This document shows, piece by piece, positions 57,528 to 64,000 of a stretch of DNA of 64,000 nucleotides. Origin of the DNA: Thermococcus sp. (GTDB taxonomy: Archaea > Methanobacteriota_B > Thermococci > Thermococcales > Thermococcaceae); NCBI RefSeq assembly GCF_027023865.1, contig NZ_JALVUC010000019.1:236586-300585 (forward strand), read 5' to 3'. The notes under the pieces are model-generated. The model was not told the origin of the DNA. It saw nothing but the letters and a program-made list of their open reading frames with translations, and did no database searches. Each line of letters opens with the position of its first letter. Position 1 is the first letter of the stretch. A program made the translations under genes and the position numbers.

Positions 57528-59402
57528 TCAGCCCGTCGGGGAGGTCACATTGCAGGCCAGTGGCTGGACCTGATAGTGGAAGACACTCGGATGCAGGAGT
57601 TCTGCTATCTCCTCCAACCCGAGAACTACCCTCGGACCCGGCCTCACAACGAGGTCCTCATCACTCAGCACGTAAACGCGGCCGTTCTTAACGGCGTTAA
57701 CACTCGCAAGCGGCCCATTGCAGAGGTTCTTCGGTTTTATCCCCGCGTTGGGGGAGATTATGATGACATCGGGGTTCCTGGCTATTATCTGCTCCTCGCT
57801 CACCGCCTTCCATCCTTTTATGTCGCTGAAGATGTTCTCACCGCCGGCGAGGTTTATGAGGTCGTTGATGAAGGTGCCGTTTCCTGCCGTCCAGTAACCG
57901 TTGTAGTAGCTCAGGAGGAAGAATACCCTCGGCCTGGGCTTCCCCCTCACCATCGATTCAACGTAGGCTACCGTCGCCTTCATGTCGGCAACCACCGTCA
58001 GCGCGGCCTCTTCCCTGTTAGTGACCTTCCCGAGAAGCTTAATCTGCCTGTAAACCCCGCTGAGGTTATTTGGAGAGACTATTATCACGGGTGCTATCTC
58101 TTCGAGCTTGTTGAGAATTGGAAGGGAGTAACTGTCCGCTATTATGAGGTCTGGTTTAAGTGCCGCAATCTTCTCAAGGTTCGCGTACTTACCGTAGCCA
58201 CCAACGCGTGTTATGTTCTTCACCGCCGGCGGGAAGTCCGCGTAGTTTGTGACACCTACAACCTTATTACCTGCCCCTATGTAGAACAGGGTCTCGGTGA
58301 TGCTTGGTGCGAGACTGACTATCCTCTGAGGTTCCTTCTCAATAATTACCTTTCTTCCCTCAAAGTCCACGATGGTCATTGGGTACTTGGCCTTGAACGC
58401 GTCCGGGTGGAGGAGCTTTGCCACTATCTCAAGACCATTGACCACGCGCGGGCTTGGGTGGATGAGGTCGCCCTCGTTCTCTATCATGTAAACGCGCCCA
58501 TCCTTAGCGGCGGTCGTGCCTGCCAGCGGCCCCTTGTAAACGTCTTGGACGGTCATCCCGCAATGGGGGGTTAGGATTATGACCTGTGGGTTTCTCTTTA
58601 AAACCTGTTCAATGCTCACGCTAGGCCAGCCCTTTGTATCGTTGAATATATTTATCCCCCCAGCGAGGTTTATGACGTCGCTGATGAACGTATTCCCCCC
58701 TGCCGTCATGAGGGGTTTGTTCCAAACCACATAGAAGACCTTAACTTTCGGTTCGTCCTTGACCGCTGAGGCTATGGCATCTATCTTTGCGTTGAACTCA
58801 TCAATGGCCTTCTTCGCGGCATCCTGAGCGTCAAAAACCTCTCCAAGGAGTGTCAGTGCCCTGGGAATGCCCTTCAGGGAGTGCGGGTCAACGATGAGAA
58901 CGGGTGCTATCTCTTCGAGCTTGTTGAGAATTGGAAGGGAGTAACTGTCCGCTATTATGAGGTCTGGTTTAAGTGCCGCAATCTTCTCAAGGTTCGCGTA
59001 CTTACCGTAGCCACCGATTCTGGTGACGTTGGCAACAGCAGGGGGAAAGTCGTCGTAGTTCGTAACTCCCACGACCCTGTTGAAGAGTCCGAGGTAGTAG
59101 AGGTCCTCGGTTATGCTGGGGGCGAGGGTTACGACCCTCTTCGGCTCGGCTTTTATAGTTACGGTTCTGTTGGCAAAGTCCTTGACGGTTATCGGATAGT
59201 AAGCTTTCTGGCTTTGGGCCACGGTCTGCTGTGCAATGGATGACGTGGTTTCGGTGGTGCTTGAACTGCTTGAAGCATGAAGGCCAGCGCTTGATGCCAC
59301 TGTGGTGGGCGTTGTGGCTGTCGTGCTTCCTCCCCCGATACATCCGGAGGCAACGACGGCACCAAGGAAGATGAGGACAAGCAAAACCGCCGTCTTCTTC
59401 AT
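57528..59402 (-). CDS. ABC substrate-binding lipoprotein with two tandem BtuF/FhuD-like domains
   Basis: Lipobox VASGC; two copies of P.RV.(T/S)LAPSITE...G....VVGVT.Y.DFP. Confidence 0.9.
   Translation of the reverse strand: MKKTAVLLVLIFLGAVVASGCIGGGSTTATTPTTVASSAGLHASSSSSTTETTSSIAQQTVAQSQKAYYPITVKDFANRTVTIKAEPKRVVTLAPSITEDLYYLGLFNRVVGVTNYDDFPPAVANVTRIGGYGKYANLEKIAALKPDLIIADSYSLPILNKLEEIAPVLIVDPHSLKGIPRALTLLGEVFDAQDAAKKAIDEFNAKIDAIASAVKDEPKVKVFYVVWNKPLMTAGGNTFISDVINLAGGINIFNDTKGWPSVSIEQVLKRNPQVIILTPHCGMTVQDVYKGPLAGTTAAKDGRVYMIENEGDLIHPSPRVVNGLEIVAKLLHPDAFKAKYPMTIVDFEGRKVIIEKEPQRIVSLAPSITETLFYIGAGNKVVGVTNYADFPPAVKNITRVGGYGKYANLEKIAALKPDLIIADSYSLPILNKLEEIAPVIIVSPNNLSGVYRQIKLLGKVTNREEAALTVVADMKATVAYVESMVRGKPRPRVFFLLSYYNGYWTAGNGTFINDLINLAGGENIFSDIKGWKAVSEEQIIARNPDVIIISPNAGIKPKNLCNGPLASVNAVKNGRVYVLSDEDLVVRPGPRVVLGLEEIAELLHPSVFHYQVQPLACNVTSPTG
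58087..59015. repeat. 116-bp perfect direct repeat (58087-58202 and 58900-59015, offset 813)
   Basis: Base-by-base identity read from the sequence. Confidence 0.95.
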
Positions 59403-59474
59403 TTCACTCACCTGGATTATTTGTCCATTTAAGGTCAGAAGAGGGGTATATAAGGTTGTTGGATATTTTCTCCG

Positions 59475-60056
59475 TCAGTCCTTGGACTTGGTTATACGGA
59501 ATATATCCACACGGGTTATTATTCCGGTTACCCTGCCCTCTTTGTTCTGGACGAGAACGGCTGGATTGTCTTCCAGGAGGTATTTAACGACCTCTAAATC
59601 CTCGTCTTCGTTTACTATTGGAAATGGCTCTTCCATTACCTCCATAACCTTCCGGCCGTAGATGTCTTCATACTCAAGGCTCTGCCTCACGAGGGTTCTC
59701 TCCGTGACGGAGCCTACCACCTTACTCCCGCTTATAACTGGTATCTGGGAGATATTGTGCTCGTTCATTAGTTTAATGACGTTCTCAACCGTCTCATAGG
59801 GCTTTACAGAGAGAACCGGTGATGACATGACGTCCTTTGCTGTGAGCTGGGCGTGTTTGTACTCGTGGAGGGCCTGGAGAATCCGGTTGAGGGTGGAGAG
59901 CCTGGGGTCAACCTTCCCCGTCTCGAGCTTTGCTATGTATGCCTGTGTTACCCCCGCCCGTCTGGCAAGCTCCTCCTGAGTTATTCCCAGTTCCTTTCGT
60001 ACCTTCCGTATCTCCGATGGGTCTATGGGGCGGGGTATTATCACCACAATAACCAC
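59475..60056 (-). CDS. XRE-HTH + CBS-pair transcriptional regulator
   Basis: RKELGITQEELA..AGVTQAYIAKLETG; tandem CBS domains. Confidence 0.92.
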   Translation of the reverse strand: MVIVVIIPRPIDPSEIRKVRKELGITQEELARRAGVTQAYIAKLETGKVDPRLSTLNRILQALHEYKHAQLTAKDVMSSPVLSVKPYETVENVIKLMNEHNISQIPVISGSKVVGSVTERTLVRQSLEYEDIYGRKVMEVMEEPFPIVNEDEDLEVVKYLLEDNPAVLVQNKEGRVTGIITRVDIFRITKSKD

Positions 60057-60109
60057 CGGTTATTGGTCAGTTCCGGGTATTATAAACCTTCCTCAGAAGA
60101 GCATCGAAG

Positions 60110-60239
60110 TGTGGGCCGGGTACAGAGACCCGCGTTCATTCCCTCGCACGGGTGGATGCTCCCGGTCCTGTGGGCTCGGCGTGAGCACGCTCCGCTCACT
60201 GAACCCGATACCTCGCGGAGGCGGATTGACCGAGCCCAT
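60110..60239 (-). ncRNA. Two-hairpin H/ACA pseudouridylation guide sRNA (probably HgcE/Pf3-like)
   Basis: GGGCUCGG..CCGAGCCC-ACA and GGACCGGG..CCCGGCCC-ACA, each with an internal pocket and GA/RUGA K-turn motif. Confidence 0.85.
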
Positions 60240-60302
60240 GAGGAGACTGTTGTCCCCTCACTGTCGGCGTTTTAGTGTAAGGTTCACGATTTAAAAACCT
60301 GC

Positions 60303-61169
60303 TCATGCAGAGATAAGGATCACTCCTGAAACGGCCAGCAGGAGGCCGATCAGTATCCTCCCATTGGGGGGCTCCCCGAGAATGAGTACCGCCAGGGCCG
60401 ATGATATTATCGGGTTTATGGCAGAGACAGGTGCTGCTATCTGGGAACCAACCTTTCCAACGGCGTAAACGAAGAAATACTGCCCCACGAGGAGACCGCT
60501 GAGTGCGACGCCGGTCAGAACGGCGAGTTCCTTAAGGGTTAATTCTCTGAGTTCACCAGCGTATTTTGGAAGGATAGGGGATATTCCCAATGCAGCGGAC
60601 ATCATCCTGAGGCCCGCGAGTGGGAGAACCGGCACATGTGATGTGAGCCAGTCCATTAAGAGTATCGCGAGGCTCCATGATACCGGCGCTAGAATCGCAA
60701 AAAGGAAACCTCTTGGGTTGGAGTGCTCGCTTTCCTCAGCCCTTTTTACGATTACCACCGATGCAACGACCAGAACCACCCCAAGGAGCATCCTAACGCT
60801 AATATGCCTCCCTAAAAAGAGAAAGGCCCACAGCATAACCCAGAGGGGATAGGTCGATGTTACCGGAACCGTTCTTGAAACTCCCATGTCGTTGAGGGCG
60901 TGGAAGTAGAAGTAGTCTCCGACAACGAAGCCTAGGATTCCGGACAGAAAAGCTACCCCAAAGAGTTCCGGCTTGAGGCTCAGGATTTGACCGAAGGTGC
61001 CGCTAAAGGTGAATATAACCAAGAACATAGCAGAGACTATGTAGAGCCTGACGATGTTGACGGCGACGGGACTTTTGTTCCTCATGCCCACTTTCACCAG
61101 TATTGTCGAGACGGCCCATGAGAAGGCCGAGGTTAAAGCCGCCAGCACGCCGAGGGTGAATCCGTCCAT
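60303..61169 (-). CDS. EamA/DMT-family transporter
   Basis: Two internal repeats, about 10 TM segments. Confidence 0.9.
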   Translation of the reverse strand: MDGFTLGVLAALTSAFSWAVSTILVKVGMRNKSPVAVNIVRLYIVSAMFLVIFTFSGTFGQILSLKPELFGVAFLSGILGFVVGDYFYFHALNDMGVSRTVPVTSTYPLWVMLWAFLFLGRHISVRMLLGVVLVVASVVIVKRAEESEHSNPRGFLFAILAPVSWSLAILLMDWLTSHVPVLPLAGLRMMSAALGISPILPKYAGELRELTLKELAVLTGVALSGLLVGQYFFVYAVGKVGSQIAAPVSAINPIISSALAVLILGEPPNGRILIGLLLAVSGVILISA

Positions 61170-61254
61170 GATGGAGGAGAGACCAGTTAACTTAAAAACT
61201 TAACGTTAAGATTTACAACGAAATGTAGCTTATTAACCCTTTCACTCAAGAATA

Positions 61255-61313
61255 GGCGATGATGATCTCGGCAGAGCTGACGCAAGGATGATGACGATCT
61301 TGAGTACTGAACT
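61255..61313 (+). ncRNA. C/D box 2'-O-methylation guide sRNA
   Basis: C ATGATGA 61259, D' CTGA 61277, C' ATGATGA 61288, D CTGA 61307; TATA at 61230. Confidence 0.92.
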
Positions 61314-61350
61314 CCAGCGGGACACCTGCTAGAGGCATAAAAGAGAGAAA

Positions 61351-63033
61351 TCAGCGGAGGATTATGCTGAGCTTCCTGAGGGTTATTCCTATACTGTATT
61401 CCCTGGCCACGTCACGGATGACGCGTTTGATCGTCTCCTCTATGTCCTGTTTTATCCTCTCTTCGGATACTCCCGAGAACGAGCCGAACAGTCCACCGAC
61501 GTTCTCATGTAGGAAGCTCGCCTCTATATCAACGTGGACCGTCGAACCCATGATCTCGTGGTTGAGCTTGAGCCACTTGAACGTAACCCTGGGAATGAGC
61601 TTGAGCTCCGCGTGTATTCTGTTCTTGAGAGTTTCAATGGCGGGCTCTATGCGGCTCTTCAGTATTGTATCCTCGCTCTCCTTCTTCTTGGCCTCTGTCA
61701 GGACGGCGAGCTCGTCTATGCCAGCCTGCTTGAGGAGTTGCTCTACTTCCTCCTCAAACTGTTCCTTCTTGGCGAGTATTTCGGCTGCCTTCCCACTTGA
61801 AACAACGGACTTCTGAGCCGGTGTAGCTGTCTGGGCAACGTTGGGGGTCGTTATGAACTCGAGGTCGATATTGCGGACGCTTGTATAGTGGTTAATGCTC
61901 CTTCCAAGTTCCTTGGCGTGCCTGCTGAGTATATCTCCAACCGCCTTTTTTGCTTCATCGGGAACCAAGTTAGTCTCGACTGCCGCCGAGAGATTTACCT
62001 CGAACTCCCTCCTACCGCGGATGTCAAAGTAAGCCTTCGTGATCTTTATTCCAGCTCCTTCGATTTCGCCTACAACCGTTCTTGCGAAGTTGCTGAAGTA
62101 GGGCCACACGTCCTCGAGGACGGAGAGGGTTATCCTGCCGTCCTTGGTCACGTTCCCGGTTTTTTTCTTGTCCCTGTCAACTATCTCCTGAGGCTTGATC
62201 TCCCGGCCATCTATCACAACGCTGACATCGCGGATTATGGGTTTGATTTCGGCCTCACGGAGTATAACCGGGGCGTATTTGCTGACGGAATGAAGCAACC
62301 TCTTCTCCGCGACCTCTACCTCCCGTGAGCTCCCCGATGAGCTACCGTAGACGTGGACGTTGAGGTAAACAACGCCCTCACCGACGTTGGCATCGAACTC
62401 AATTCTGTTGATTGTAAGCCCGCGTATCTTCTTTGCATCCCTCATTACGTACTCGGCATAGGTCTGAAAGGCATTCTCAGGAATGTGCCCCCCATGTAGA
62501 TTAACAGTGACCTCTGGCTTTTCGGGTTCCCCCTTCGGGACGACATTTGTGGGCTGGGGGACCTGCTCCACGGGCTTGGTGGGAGGGAGTTTTTCCTGTG
62601 GCACCTTCTTTGAAACAGGGGCAGGTGTCTCCCGGACGGCGGGAGGTTCCTTGCCTTTAAAAAGCTCCTCCAGTTTGATCTTGGGGGTTTGAGAGTATGC
62701 ATCAACGTTTTCCGCTATCGAGAGCTTGAGTTCTATTTCATCGAGGGGATAAATGTCAACGACCATGGGGCTTCGGAGGACTGACTTTAGAGCCGTTATT
62801 GCCTCCTCACCGATGAGTGACCTCTTGGTGTCGATTACAAGGCCCTCTGAAGCGAGCAACTTTGTCCTGTCAATGAGCAGGGTGATGTAGTACTTGCCCT
62901 CCTTACCCTTCGCGAATACCTTGAGAAAAGCCCCGCTTCCCTGTTGAAGTGCATTTTTGACTGTCCCCACCAAGTCATCAGCTGACGTAACGACTGCGTT
63001 CTCCACCATGGGGCTTTTGTCGGGCAACTGCAT
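61351..63033 (-). CDS. DUF2226-like domain protein
   Basis: N-terminal domain typical of Thermococcales DUF2226 proteins, then a Pro-rich linker; family assigned by resemblance. Confidence 0.6.
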   Translation of the reverse strand: MQLPDKSPMVENAVVTSADDLVGTVKNALQQGSGAFLKVFAKGKEGKYYITLLIDRTKLLASEGLVIDTKRSLIGEEAITALKSVLRSPMVVDIYPLDEIELKLSIAENVDAYSQTPKIKLEELFKGKEPPAVRETPAPVSKKVPQEKLPPTKPVEQVPQPTNVVPKGEPEKPEVTVNLHGGHIPENAFQTYAEYVMRDAKKIRGLTINRIEFDANVGEGVVYLNVHVYGSSSGSSREVEVAEKRLLHSVSKYAPVILREAEIKPIIRDVSVVIDGREIKPQEIVDRDKKKTGNVTKDGRITLSVLEDVWPYFSNFARTVVGEIEGAGIKITKAYFDIRGRREFEVNLSAAVETNLVPDEAKKAVGDILSRHAKELGRSINHYTSVRNIDLEFITTPNVAQTATPAQKSVVSSGKAAEILAKKEQFEEEVEQLLKQAGIDELAVLTEAKKKESEDTILKSRIEPAIETLKNRIHAELKLIPRVTFKWLKLNHEIMGSTVHVDIEASFLHENVGGLFGSFSGVSEERIKQDIEETIKRVIRDVAREYSIGITLRKLSIILR

Positions 63034-63147
63034 TGTCACCACCATTAGCTATATATATCCCTCGTTCAAAGAACCCTGAGAGGAATATCACCGTCTTAGT
63101 ATAATGGCGCTTGTATTTAAACATTATTGTGCAGAAAGGTGAGCATC

Positions 63148-64000
63148 ATGCGGGTGCTGGTGTTGGGAGGAGGCGCCCTCGGGCGTTCGGTCGCCGAGTC
63201 ACTTAGGGGCGAGTTTGAGGTAACGATAATCGAGAAGGACGAGGTAAGGGCAAAAGCACTTGAAGAGAGCGGATTCAACGTCGTTCACGGGGATTTCTCG
63301 TACACTGCGACTCTACTTAAAGCGGGCATAGACCGGGCGGAACTCGTCATAATAACCACGACGAACATTGAAACGGTTAAAAAAACAGTCTACGTGGTCA
63401 GGAGCAACAACCGAGATGTACCAGTACTCATCGTTCTCCCAGATGAGGTGAGTGTGGAAAGCCTACTCGAGGAGATAAGAGAAGCCTACGAAGCGGACGT
63501 TAAGGTGGATTATGCGGTTTCTCCCAGGAATGCCCTGAGAGATGCAATCATAAAGAGCGTTGAGAGAATAGGGGAGAGCAAAAACGCAAAACTCCTCGTA
63601 AGGAAGCTCAAGGAACTCAAATCCAGGGGGGACTCCCTTCTAATTCTCATGCATGACAATCCCGACCCCGATGCTATAGCTAGCGCCGCAGCACTGAGCG
63701 CTATAGCCGGGACCATAGGGCTGAAAACGCAGATAGTCTACGGCGGGGAGGTAACCCATCACGAGAACAGGGCTTTTGTGAATCTCCTGGGGGTGGACAT
63801 CAAACGCGTCTCCCCGGGTTCCTACGAGCTTAAGCGTTACCCGTTCATAGCGCTGGTCGACTGCCAGCCGAACGGAAACCTCACGACCCTTGAGCAGCCT
63901 GACTATGAGAGGATAAAGATAATAGTTGATCACCATCAGAGTCTCCAGCACCTACAGGAGCTTATCCCCGAGGACGCGTTCATAGATATACGGCCAGACG
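63148..64000 (+). CDS. TrkA-N + DHH phosphoesterase, 3'-truncated by window edge
   Basis: VLGGGALG; HDNPDPDA, LVD, VDHH. Confidence 0.9.
   Translation, partial: MRVLVLGGGALGRSVAESLRGEFEVTIIEKDEVRAKALEESGFNVVHGDFSYTATLLKAGIDRAELVIITTTNIETVKKTVYVVRSNNRDVPVLIVLPDEVSVESLLEEIREAYEADVKVDYAVSPRNALRDAIIKSVERIGESKNAKLLVRKLKELKSRGDSLLILMHDNPDPDAIASAAALSAIAGTIGLKTQIVYGGEVTHHENRAFVNLLGVDIKRVSPGSYELKRYPFIALVDCQPNGNLTTLEQPDYERIKIIVDHHQSLQHLQELIPEDAFIDIRPD

Noticed and set aside
57240-58574. 444-aa plus-strand ORF (also 27261-28160, 37513-38328, 8674-9360, 7894-8421)
   Set aside because: Antisense shadows of well-supported genes, with no recognisable motifs or RBS.
1-64000. tRNA, rRNA, SRP RNA, RNase P RNA, integrase or att sites
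   Set aside because: No cloverleaf or family signature recognised by eye; tRNAscan-SE and Infernal would be needed to exclude them formally.

Overview
Core-chromosome window of a Thermococcus-type hyperthermophilic archaeon, judged from GGAGGTGA ribosome-binding sites, BRE/TATA promoters and the tfs-pcn-gins51 cluster. 1-16 kb: housekeeping genes plus two IS200/IS605-family elements. One cleanly splits the sirtuin gene cobB; the other carries an RHH gene in place of tnpA; both tnpB copies are frameshifted. 16-33 kb: a partly decayed copper/heavy-metal/iron island (CopB-ABC permease chimera, CadA/CadC, CopZ, YHS, DUF302, FTR1, AhpC) that also encodes a cytochrome b5-domain protein and a lipoprotein with HU/IHF-like motifs. 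33-57 kb: a dense Fe-S/oxidative/nitrosative stress cluster (sufCBD, thiI, ThiF/MoeB, Trx-CcdA, DUF438-PAS, FprA, MsrAB, rubrerythrin-rubredoxin-SOR, several ferritin-like proteins, DpsL/Fur, class III Hcp). A shared TATGAC-N4-GTCATA palindrome at four promoters suggests an undescribed archaeal NO-stress regulon, my best candidate for a new system. 57-64 kb: tandem-domain BtuF-like lipoprotein, an H/ACA sRNA, a C/D sRNA and housekeeping genes. No CRISPR array, tRNA or rRNA was seen. Family assignments come from motif recognition only; no database search was run.
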